Shown here piece after piece: positions 9,103-16,673 of a DNA stretch of 42,929 nucleotides; the first letter of the stretch is position 1, and every line of letters starts with the position of its first letter. The position numbers were made by a program, and so were the translations under genes. The DNA comes from an uncultured Gammaproteobacteria bacterium. Lineage in GTDB: Bacteria; Patescibacteriota; Patescibacteriia; JAACEG01. The notes below the pieces were generated by a model. It was given only the letters and a program-made list of their open reading frames with translations. It did not search any database and was not told the origin of the DNA. Where the stretch lies: the NCBI GenBank assembly GCA_964397635.1, contig CAYNJS010000001.1, positions 1 to 42,929 of the forward strand, written 5' to 3'.

Positions 9103-9981
9103 TTATCTTCCCATTGTTCGGAGTGCTTGAATTCTCTCAGCTACCGGTGGATGGGTAGAAAAAAGTTTAGAAACTTTTTTACCTTTAAGCGGGTTGGCAA
9201 TATATAGATGAGCGGTTGCATTACTGGCTTTTTTAATTGGTATATTGTCTTGTGATATTTTTTCTAAAGCTCTGGCTAATCCTTCAGGGTAGCGAGTTAA
9301 AAGTGATCCATCGGCATCAGCCAAAAATTCTCTTTTTCTGGAAACCGCCAGTTGAATTAACTGGGCAATAAAAGGGGAGAGAATCATTAAAACTAGCCCA
9401 ATAATCATTAAAGGTCCGCTTTTGCTGTCTCGGTCTCGACCGCCGAAGCCAAAGATATGGGCGCGAAGCATGAAGTCAGCCATTAAAGCAATTATTCCAA
9501 CTAAAACAATAACAATGGTCATTATCCTAATGTCGTAGTTTTTGATGTGAGATAATTCATGGGCGATTACACCTTCTAGTTCTTCATTTTCCAATTTTTC
9601 CATTATCCCGGTGGTAACGGCAACAGATGAATGATTCGGATCACGTCCACAGGCAAAAGCATTCATTCCCGGATCGTTTATAATGTGCACTTTTGGCATT
9701 GGTAGGCCGGCGGTAATACTTAGATTTTCTACCATTCTATATAGATAAGGATTTTCTTCTTTTTTAATTTCTTTGGCTCCTGATGACATTAAGGCGATTT
9801 TATCCCCTTTATAGTATCCGGTTAAGCTCATTAAAACCGAGATAATTAAGGCAATAATTAAGCCCACGTAACCAAAGTTATAAAGCTCGCCAAAAAGCCA
9901 GCCTAAGCCGAGAATAAAGGCAATAAAAATAGCTATTAGTATTATAGTTTTTCTTTTATTTCTGGTTATTTGTGAATACAT
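9103..9981 (-). CDS. htpX: Zinc metalloprotease HtpX (M48)
   Basis: 292 aa. Multiple TM helices and the HELSHIKN HExxH motif. Confidence 0.9.
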   Translation of the reverse strand: MYSQITRNKRKTIILIAIFIAFILGLGWLFGELYNFGYVGLIIALIISVLMSLTGYYKGDKIALMSSGAKEIKKEENPYLYRMVENLSITAGLPMPKVHIINDPGMNAFACGRDPNHSSVAVTTGIMEKLENEELEGVIAHELSHIKNYDIRIMTIVIVLVGIIALMADFMLRAHIFGFGGRDRDSKSGPLMIIGLVLMILSPFIAQLIQLAVSRKREFLADADGSLLTRYPEGLARALEKISQDNIPIKKASNATAHLYIANPLKGKKVSKLFSTHPPVAERIQALRTMGR

Positions 9982-9987
9982 AAAATA

Positions 9988-10917
9988 TTATTTTATTTCT
10001 TTTATATAAGCATTAATAGCGTTTTTTGACGAATACCAGTTCCTTCCTTTTTTAATCGCCTCTATTTTATTGTTTATTGCAAGTTTTTTTAAATACGCAG
10101 GAGAATAATCGCAATATTTAGACAACTCTGCAAGAGGTAATAATTTATCGTTTTTTTTATTTGACGGCTTTAATATTTCTAAATAAATATTTAAGCTTCT
10201 AATTACGCTTTGAGCTAAAAATTCGCATAAATTTTTGTAGTCACCTTTGTCTGCTTCAGATAAAATCCTATAATATCTTTTTCTGTCGTTTTTTAAAATT
10301 ATTGCCATTGGGTAACCCGCGTTCATTAATAAAATGTTCATTATTATTCTTGATGTTCTGCCATTACCGTCCCAAAAAGGATGAATAGCAACTAATTTAT
10401 GATGGAGTAGCGCTGATAATTCAACAATATGTAAATTATTTTTTTCTTTTTTAAGCCATTTTATTAATTTTTCCATTTCTGTTTGCACTTCAAAACCTGA
10501 TGGAGGTGCATGATCATTGCCAGATATAAACACATCACCATTTCTATATACACCGGCTATTTCGCTATCAGATTCTTTAACAACCAAGGAATGAATTTGC
10601 TTTATCAAATTTCCGGAAATTGTATTTTTCTTATCTTTATCGATCATCTCATATAAAAAACCTAAAGCCTCATGATGATTTATTGCTTCTAAATGTTCTT
10701 TGAGCGGTTTTCCTTTAATGGTTAAGCCTTCGTTTACAACCCAAAAAGTTTCTTTTTTAGTTAAAGTATTTCCTTCAATCGCATTTGAGTTATAAGTCAT
10801 TTCAAGCTGAAAATTATCTCTTATCTTTTTTAAAATAGTCTTATTAATAGGTCGGCACTTATTTAAAAGATTAAGCTTATTTTCTAATAATTTTTTTGTG
10901 TTTTGTGATAGATACAT
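9988..10917 (-). CDS. Fic-domain protein with an intramolecular inhibitory motif and a C-terminal HTH-like tail
   Basis: 309 aa. Fic core HPFWDGNGRTSR. N-terminal SNAIEG matches the [S/T]xxxE[G/N] inhibitory helix motif. C-terminal about 50 aa (LAELSKYCDYSPAYLKKLAINNKIEAIKKGRNWY) looks like an excisionase/MerR-type HTH. Confidence 0.85.
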   Translation of the reverse strand: MYLSQNTKKLLENKLNLLNKCRPINKTILKKIRDNFQLEMTYNSNAIEGNTLTKKETFWVVNEGLTIKGKPLKEHLEAINHHEALGFLYEMIDKDKKNTISGNLIKQIHSLVVKESDSEIAGVYRNGDVFISGNDHAPPSGFEVQTEMEKLIKWLKKEKNNLHIVELSALLHHKLVAIHPFWDGNGRTSRIIMNILLMNAGYPMAIILKNDRKRYYRILSEADKGDYKNLCEFLAQSVIRSLNIYLEILKPSNKKNDKLLPLAELSKYCDYSPAYLKKLAINNKIEAIKKGRNWYSSKNAINAYIKEIK

Positions 10918-10922
10918 AAGAT

Positions 10923-10974
10923 ATAGGTACGATAATTATATTTTAACTCTATCGTACCCTATAAATTTTGTCAA
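10923..10974 (-). promoter_or_regulatory. Candidate fic promoter with an overlapping palindromic operator
   Basis: On the minus strand, TTGACA (10969-10974) is followed by the inverted repeat ATAGGGTACGATA-N15-TATCGTACCTAT (10923-10962). The repeat ends 5 nt before the fic ATG. Confidence 0.45.
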
Positions 10975-11018
10975 TATCTTGCTATTTGACTTAACAATTA
11001 TAAGTATTTTTACAAATT

Positions 11019-11768
11019 TTATTTTTTCCCTAAAAATATATTCAACACATCTTGAGCCGATTCTTCGCCGGTTGTTTTTGAGAACAGTTTTAATTTATCA
11101 AGGCGATGCAATAGCATTAAGACAGAAATAATTGAAGTACTAAAAGCCGCCTTTAGTATTGACTCTAGTATTAATCCCTGAGACGGAATAGCTGATAGGG
11201 TTATAAACAAAATTAATGATATAAAAAAAATTATTATCCAATTAAATATCGGCACTCTTTCCTGGTGGAGGGCAATCATTTTTTTCCTTATTACTTGCAG
11301 TCTTTGCAAGCTGGTTAAAATTTCACGCAAAGCCAGATTTTTCAAGCTCTTCAAGTTTTTATTTTTGGTAATATTTTCCGTTAAATTATTTATATTTGTC
11401 AGGGTGGTTGATTTGTTTACAAAGTGATAGTCCCAAGATTTGTTTTTAATTATTAGATTATAATGATCTTTTATGATTTTCTTTATATTTTTTTGAGGTA
11501 ATTTTCCCAGATGCCCAAACTGCCTGTATAGGCCGGACATTTCGCCGTCAAAAGCGGTTATGTTTTCCCTGATATTGCTATATCGTTTGCCCTGGCGAGC
11601 AATAAAAAACCCGGTAAAGGTTGCAAATAAAAAAGTGGAGATGGTTAAAAATATCTGAAATGAATCAATAGCATAAAACGGGAAAAAATAATATAAAGAA
11701 AATAATGCAAGAAAGATAAAAAATATTAGTATAAGCATAAAAAATATAAAATTAAGTTTATTCCCCAA
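11019..11768 (-). CDS. DUF4239-like four-TM membrane protein
   Basis: 249 aa. Two N-terminal TM helices, a helical soluble middle and two C-terminal TM helices. The start overlaps the upstream gene's end by 11 nt. Confidence 0.6.
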   Translation of the reverse strand: MGNKLNFIFFMLILIFFIFLALFSLYYFFPFYAIDSFQIFLTISTFLFATFTGFFIARQGKRYSNIRENITAFDGEMSGLYRQFGHLGKLPQKNIKKIIKDHYNLIIKNKSWDYHFVNKSTTLTNINNLTENITKNKNLKSLKNLALREILTSLQRLQVIRKKMIALHQERVPIFNWIIIFFISLILFITLSAIPSQGLILESILKAAFSTSIISVLMLLHRLDKLKLFSKTTGEESAQDVLNIFLGKK

Positions 11769-12579
11769 AAGAAAGGACCTCGTAATTTACTTTATGTTTT
11801 TTTACATTAAATTCTTTTTCTATTGATTCAACAACTTTTTCTTTATTATAAGGTTTACACGAGAAAATATCCATAAAAACCTCGTTTTCAAGGCCATGTG
11901 GCAGTACAAAGGTATGAATTGCAATATGAGAAAAATCAATAACAGCAAAACCGGTAATGCCGGGATTTTTTGGGCTTCCTTCCATTAAATTTGGTCCATG
12001 AAGAATATTCATTTTAAGGGATTTTATTGTTTTTGTGATAAATCCTTTTATAATGCGCTTACTTGTTATTTTATTTCGATCAGTTGTTTTAAAATCAAAG
12101 GTTATATGAAAAGCAGGAACAGTCATTTGATTGAAGCTCATATATTTATCCCCCAAAATAATTCCAACAAGATTTCGCAGTAAATTTCTTATATTTTCAA
12201 ATAATATAAATTGTTCTTTTTTGTCTTTACAGAAGGCTTCAAAGTGATAACTGAGTTCAGCAACCTTATTAAATAATCGCTGGTCTTTTTTTAAAGTTTT
12301 ATTTGTGATTTTATTGTTTTCTATTTTGTCGATAACAAATTGTATAATTTGTAAAAAGGAGTGCATTAATTGATGTTGGCTGTTGGGCAATAGCTTTGCC
12401 TTACCGGTTATTGCAACCATAATTTCCGATTCCATTTTAAGAGTTTTTTCAATGCCTTCATCAGAAGCGCTAATCTTATTGATTTTAGAACTAATATTGA
12501 TTGAGTTATTTTTTAATAAGTCAAATTGTTTTTTTAGCTCTTTATTTAGATTACCTATGTTTTTAAATCGATAGTTCAT
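11758..12579 (-). CDS. Pyruvoyl-dependent decarboxylase of the AdoMetDC (SpeH/SpeD) fold with an approximately 150-aa N-terminal helical extension
   Basis: 273 aa. The C-terminal part GITGFAVIDFSHIAIHTFVLPHGLENEVFMDIFSCKP aligns by eye to the class 1 AdoMetDC core ([30 protein letters not shown]). The self-cleavage Ser, the catalytic His and the Cys are all conserved. Confidence 0.7.
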   Translation of the reverse strand: MNYRFKNIGNLNKELKKQFDLLKNNSINISSKINKISASDEGIEKTLKMESEIMVAITGKAKLLPNSQHQLMHSFLQIIQFVIDKIENNKITNKTLKKDQRLFNKVAELSYHFEAFCKDKKEQFILFENIRNLLRNLVGIILGDKYMSFNQMTVPAFHITFDFKTTDRNKITSKRIIKGFITKTIKSLKMNILHGPNLMEGSPKNPGITGFAVIDFSHIAIHTFVLPHGLENEVFMDIFSCKPYNKEKVVESIEKEFNVKKHKVNYEVLSFGE

Positions 12580-12599
12580 AAAATTAAATTTATTTCTTT

Positions 12600-13697
12600 T
12601 TATTTTAATTTTTTAGCAAATACAAACACCATTCCGTCGTAGCCCACTGTTTCTTTATCGCTTCCTTCCAGTACTGATATTTCAATAATTTTAAAATCAT
12701 TTTCTTCTAAAAAAGAAGAAATATCATTTTCATCTATATTGGTTGCGGGCATTTGTTCTTCTTCAACTTGATACCAGTCAGCGCTACGAATAGCAGAGAG
12801 GGAAAGGAAACCCCCAGACTTAATGACATCTATTATGTTTTTCATTCCCTTTTCCCAGGTAGCGCGATCGGAAGTGGCAGACTCTATGGTAAAGTTTGAA
12901 GTTAGGAGGTCGATATTAGATTCCCTTCCTGAGGCAGTAACTGCCTCAAATTGTTCTTCATCATTAAGTTCGAGTCCTTCTTCAAAAACATTGCCGTGTA
13001 TTACTGAACTAACAACAGTACGAAGATGATTTTTCATTCCTTCTATTGTTTCGCTTTCCAGAAGTTTTAAAATATTTTGCGCGTGTGTTTTAGTTTGATT
13101 ATCGTCCGATTCAGCTTGTTTGTGAAGGATTGACATATATTTTTTATCTTCCTTAAGTGTTCGTTGCATAAGTGAAAAATAAGCATCCCAATTATAACTA
13201 TCTTCTTCTTGATTAAGCCATCTGTTTACCTCTTCTCTATTTTGTTCTAAAAATTCAGAATGAGTTATGCTTCCGGCTTCGAGAGATGTTAATATGTGTT
13301 GATAAATTGTTGGTCCGCCGTCAACATCTAATACTTTAATATTATTTTGAGGGTATGCTTCAAGTAAATTTCCGGCTACATTTTTTTGAAAATCAAAAAT
13401 TACAATATTTTCAACTGTCTCGTGCGGTAGATTTGTTTTTTCTACAATACTTTCAATATTTATGCGTCCATCGTTTTGGGAAATTTCATCTTGAACTTTC
13501 TTTATTGCCCAAGAAAATTTATCTATATCAATTTGCTCGGGATAATAATTTTTAATATAGTCTTGGGCTTCGAATTTTTCTTTAAATATAGCTGATTCTG
13601 CATTATCTTTTTCAAAACCATCTTTTTTGTCAGGGCTTGGAGTAGGCTCTGGTCGCGTTATTTCGTCAAAAAACCATTTTCCATATTGGTTGCTCAA
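12600..13697 (-). CDS. NNMT/PNMT/TEMT-family (PF01234-like) class I methyltransferase homologue
   Basis: 365 aa with an apparent TTG start. Three blocks align by eye to human NNMT: FEAQDYIKNYY versus FNPRDYLEKYY; VLDVDGGPTIYQHILTSLEAGSITHSEFLEQNREEVNRWL versus [40 protein letters not shown]; and IKSGGFLSLSA...GMVFVFAKKL versus LKPGGFLVIMD...GLFSLVARKL. Confidence 0.75.
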   Translation of the reverse strand: MSNQYGKWFFDEITRPEPTPSPDKKDGFEKDNAESAIFKEKFEAQDYIKNYYPEQIDIDKFSWAIKKVQDEISQNDGRINIESIVEKTNLPHETVENIVIFDFQKNVAGNLLEAYPQNNIKVLDVDGGPTIYQHILTSLEAGSITHSEFLEQNREEVNRWLNQEEDSYNWDAYFSLMQRTLKEDKKYMSILHKQAESDDNQTKTHAQNILKLLESETIEGMKNHLRTVVSSVIHGNVFEEGLELNDEEQFEAVTASGRESNIDLLTSNFTIESATSDRATWEKGMKNIIDVIKSGGFLSLSAIRSADWYQVEEEQMPATNIDENDISSFLEENDFKIIEISVLEGSDKETVGYDGMVFVFAKKLK

Positions 13698-13831
13698 AGT
13701 TACTAAAAATATTTTTTTAACTTTATTTTTATATAAAACATAAAATAAACAAAATTTTTGCCTGGCTAGTATATTATTTTAGATTTTTTTTCAGCAGAAT
13801 AATCCTAGAGGGTTCAAGTTAATGGATTAAT

Positions 13832-14149
13832 TTATAAAATTTCTTTAACTTTATTTACCCATTCTTTTATTTCATTGAATCCAGTTTTTTTCTCATCTTC
13901 GTTGCTATTCATAATTTTTCTAGATGCTTCTTTTCTGTTTTCTAATAATGCTTGATAAATAGGGTTTTCTCCTAATATATTATCTAATTCTTCCATAGAA
14001 TCACTGGTATCTGCGTAGGCATAATCATTGTCACCGCTTTCAAGCGATTGGATTATATTTCCAATGTTTTCAAGTTCATCAATCATAAATTCTTTATCTT
14101 CAGCCGGTAAATTAATTTTTTCAATATTGGGCATTTCTTCAAAATTCAT
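13832..14149 (-). CDS. Hypothetical small, highly acidic protein
   Basis: 105 aa, D/E-rich, no TM segment and no recognisable motif. Lies 134 nt upstream of the methyltransferase-like gene on the same strand. Confidence 0.5.
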   Translation of the reverse strand: MNFEEMPNIEKINLPAEDKEFMIDELENIGNIIQSLESGDNDYAYADTSDSMEELDNILGENPIYQALLENRKEASRKIMNSNEDEKKTGFNEIKEWVNKVKEIL

Positions 14150-14205
14150 AGTTTTAATTTTAGTTAATTAAAAAATTTTTTAAATTAGATTATTTAATTT
14201 TTTAG

Positions 14206-14249
14206 ATCCCGCATCATTTTATTTGATTATATTAAAGAATGTGCGGGAT
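14206..14249. repeat. GATCCCGCA...TGCGGGATGAC palindromic module
   Basis: ATCCCGCA (14206-14213) pairs with TGCGGGAT (14242-14249). A related module is at 15203-15252. Confidence 0.6.
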
Positions 14250-14273
14250 GACATATTCTAAAAGCTAATGAAG

Positions 14274-14831
14274 CTAAAAGCTAACCTTCGGCACTTCTTT
14301 TTCTTTCTCATCTTCAATTTCGAAGAATTCTCTTTTTTCAAAGCCAAGCTGTTTGGCAATTACATTGGTAGGGAAAACTTGTAATTTAATATTAAAGTCG
14401 CGAACGTTGCCGTTGTAAAATCTTCTAGCGGCTTGAATTTTATTTTCAGTATCAGATAGCTCATCTTGAAGTTTAGCAAAGTTTTGATTTGCTTTTAAGT
14501 CTGGGTAATTTTCTGCAACCGCAAATAAAGATTTTAGAGTGTCGGTTAGCATGTTTTCTGCTTTGCCTTGTTCTTCGGCTGTTCCCGCATTCATAGCGTT
14601 GCTTCTTGCTTCGGTAACACGTTCAAATAGTTCTTTTTCGTGAGTTGCATAACCTTTTACGGTGTCAATTAAATTAGGGATCAAGTCATAACGTCTTTTT
14701 AATTGAACATCGATATCTGACCAAGCTTCGTTGGTTCTGGTTTTTAGTTTAATCAATCCGTTATAAACGGCAATTAACCAAAAGATAGTAATAGCTATAA
14801 CAACTAAAACTATCCACATAATTGTTTCCAT
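14274..14831 (-). CDS. lemA: LemA family protein
   Basis: 185 aa. N-terminal TM helix. LemA-typical blocks RRYDLIPNL, ENYPDLKAN, ARRFYN. Confidence 0.85.
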   Translation of the reverse strand: METIMWIVLVVIAITIFWLIAVYNGLIKLKTRTNEAWSDIDVQLKRRYDLIPNLIDTVKGYATHEKELFERVTEARSNAMNAGTAEEQGKAENMLTDTLKSLFAVAENYPDLKANQNFAKLQDELSDTENKIQAARRFYNGNVRDFNIKLQVFPTNVIAKQLGFEKREFFEIEDEKEKEVPKVSF

Positions 14832-14915
14832 AAAGGTGTTTTTAATTATCGCCGATTAGAAAAAAGTTTTTTATAAAAGGCAATTAAATATTTAAGATAT
14901 CAAAAACCAAATATA

Positions 14916-15124
14916 AAAAATCAAAATCAATGAATCGTTTTACCCAGCCCGCCGTGGTGGGCGGAGTTTTACGACAATATTTTTAAAATCCCCCTTGCTC
15001 CCCCTTTTTCAAAGGGGGAAACCGGATTAATTTTGTTTAAATTATATTTTATAGTCCCCTCCTTAGGAAAAGGAGGGTCAGGGTGGATTTTTCTTTTTTA
15101 ATTTTTCATTGCCATTTTGATTTT
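14916..15124. repeat. Mosaic repeat element, copy D (TIR-bounded, about 210 nt)
   Basis: Terminal inverted repeats AAAAATCAAAATCAATGAA (14916-14934) and TTCATTGCCATTTTGATTTT (15105-15124). Internal GC-rich hairpins: CCGCC..GGCGG (about 14950-14966), TCCCCCTTT-TTC-AAAGGGGGA (14999-15019), CCCTCCTT-N5-AAGGAGGG (15057-15077). Confidence 0.75.
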
Positions 15125-15202
15125 ATATCAATTTTATTGTATAATTTCTATAAGAAAAAGTCAAAATGTTATGGCTCTGTAATTGTTGAGTTTAACGGTT
15201 AG

Positions 15203-15252
15203 ATCCCGTATCATCCATATAACAACCCTCCGGTGGTAGGTGTGTATGGGAT
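15203..15252. repeat. GATCCCGTA...TATGGGATGAC palindromic module
   Basis: ATCCCGTA pairs with TATGGGAT (one G-T pair). Same module type as 14206-14249. Confidence 0.5.
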
Positions 15253-15288
15253 GACATAGGGAGGATATTAGTAAATGATAAAAAAATC

Positions 15289-15297
15289 TGGTATAAT
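15289..15297 (+). promoter_or_regulatory. Extended -10 promoter candidate for the pilM operon
   Basis: TGgTATAAT at 15289-15297, about 112 nt upstream of the pilM ATG. Confidence 0.45.
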
Positions 15298-15370
15298 ATA
15301 TATAATTTAAGATTTTAGAATTAAGATTGAAGATTTTGATTTAATTTGATTTTTGTTTGTTAATTTTTAG

Positions 15371-15402
15371 CAATCTAAAATCTAAAATCGGCAATCTAAA
15401 AT
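15371..15402 (+). repeat. Heptad-periodic AU-rich leader immediately 5' of pilM
   Basis: CAATCTA-AAATCTA-AAATCGG-CAATCTA-AAATT, ending 7 nt before the ATG. No Shine-Dalgarno sequence. Near-identical tract at 20275-20309. Confidence 0.7.
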
Positions 15403-15409
15403 TACTTAT

Positions 15410-16555
15410 ATGGGATTATTGAGCACCAACTACAGTTATTTGGGCGTTAACATCGGCGCTTCAAGTATTAAATTAGTCGAATTGGGAGATAATAAAGGAA
15501 CCCCAAAACTTGCTACTTACGGTTTTACCGAGCAATCTGTTGATATTATCAAAGATGATTCAGATGCAGCCAGGAATGAAGCAGCAAGAATTTTAAAACA
15601 TCTCTTCAAGGAATCAAAGGCGTCCGGTAATAAGGTTATTACAGCTTTACCGACTTTTTCTGTCTTTACTTCTGTAATAAGTTTGCCACAAATGAATAAA
15701 AAAGATTTAGCAGGAGCAGTTAAATGGGAGGCTAAAAAGATTATTCCTATGCCTCTTGAGGATATAGTATTAAACTGGAATATCATCAATAAATCAACAG
15801 CGCCGGGATCTAATAAAATAAAAGGGATAATAGGCGGTAAAAAAGAAAAACACGCTGACGATGATCAGCATAAAAAAAACAAAGAAGAAAAAAAAGAAGA
15901 CACAAAGGTTTTAATTACCGGTGCACCTAAAAAGCTTGTTAGTAAATATATGGATATTTTTCAAAGAGCTAATTTAAGCTTACTTAGCCTGGAAACAGAA
16001 ATATTTGCTCTTATTAGGTCTTTAGTTGGAAACGATAAATCAACTTTAATTATTGTTGATTTAGGGGCTAAGGCAACTAATATTTCTTTGGTTCAAAATG
16101 GCTTGCCAGTTATAAATAGAAGCATTGAACTGGGCGGAAACAATATAACCAAGGAAATAAGCCAAAACTTGGACATTTCGGTTGAACGCGCAGAGCAATT
16201 TAAATATGATATCGGCATAAGTGATAACGGAGCAAATAGTTCGGTTTTTAAATCTATTGAAAATACAATAACACCGATAATTGACGAAGTTAATTACACC
16301 ATAGATTTTTTCAAAGAACAGCTTGCTTTAGGGCAAAATTTGGAAAAAGAAAATATAGAGAAAATTATACTAACAGGCGGGTCGTCGCTTATTTCTTATT
16401 TGCCTGATTATTTATCTCAAAAATTAAGTAAAAAAGTATATCTTGGCGATCCTTGGGCTAGGATTGTCTATCCAAAAGATTTAAAGCCTATTTTTGAAGA
16501 AATCGGACCTAAATTATCTGTTCCGATTGGTCTAGCAATGAGGGAGATTGTGTAA
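15410..16555 (+). CDS. pilM: Type IV pilus assembly ATPase-fold protein PilM
   Basis: 381 aa. Actin/HSP70-like phosphate motifs (GVNIGASSIKLVEL, IIVDLGAKATNISL, ILTGGSS). A charged insertion KKEKHADDDQHKKNKEEKKED. Confidence 0.85.
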   Translation: MGLLSTNYSYLGVNIGASSIKLVELGDNKGTPKLATYGFTEQSVDIIKDDSDAARNEAARILKHLFKESKASGNKVITALPTFSVFTSVISLPQMNKKDLAGAVKWEAKKIIPMPLEDIVLNWNIINKSTAPGSNKIKGIIGGKKEKHADDDQHKKNKEEKKEDTKVLITGAPKKLVSKYMDIFQRANLSLLSLETEIFALIRSLVGNDKSTLIIVDLGAKATNISLVQNGLPVINRSIELGGNNITKEISQNLDISVERAEQFKYDIGISDNGANSSVFKSIENTITPIIDEVNYTIDFFKEQLALGQNLEKENIEKIILTGGSSLISYLPDYLSQKLSKKVYLGDPWARIVYPKDLKPIFEEIGPKLSVPIGLAMREIV

Positions 16556-16640
16556 AAAAATCAAAATTATTGAGTCGCTTCGCGACAATATTCAAAAAAA
16601 TTATGAGTAAGGCGAATGTGGTTATTTTGTATTTTTAATA
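16556..16640. repeat. Mosaic repeat element, copy B (inside the pilM-pilN spacer)
   Basis: AAAATCAAAATTATT-GAGTCGCTTCGCGACAATATT...TTATGAGTAAGGCGAATG...TTATTTTGTATTTTT. Hairpin GTCGC-TTC-GCGAC at 16574-16586. Clearly homologous to 29720-29831. Confidence 0.8.
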
Positions 16641-16673
16641 TTTTTTATTTATTTGTATTTTTTAAATAAAAAA

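Noticed and set aside
10898-11131. A plus-strand 77-aa ORF spanning the fic / 11019-gene spacer, together with 11998-12183, 12383-12574, 12823-13029 and 13355-13555.
   Set aside because: They are antisense to, or overlap, better-supported minus-strand genes, and show no motifs.
15371-15402. Short periodic repeats (ATCTAAA, TGATTTT, AATTTCC, AAACTAC) considered as a possible CRISPR array.
   Set aside because: The units are 7 nt with no spacers, the tracts are only about 28-35 nt long, and no cas genes are present. They are microsatellite-like heptads, not CRISPR repeats.
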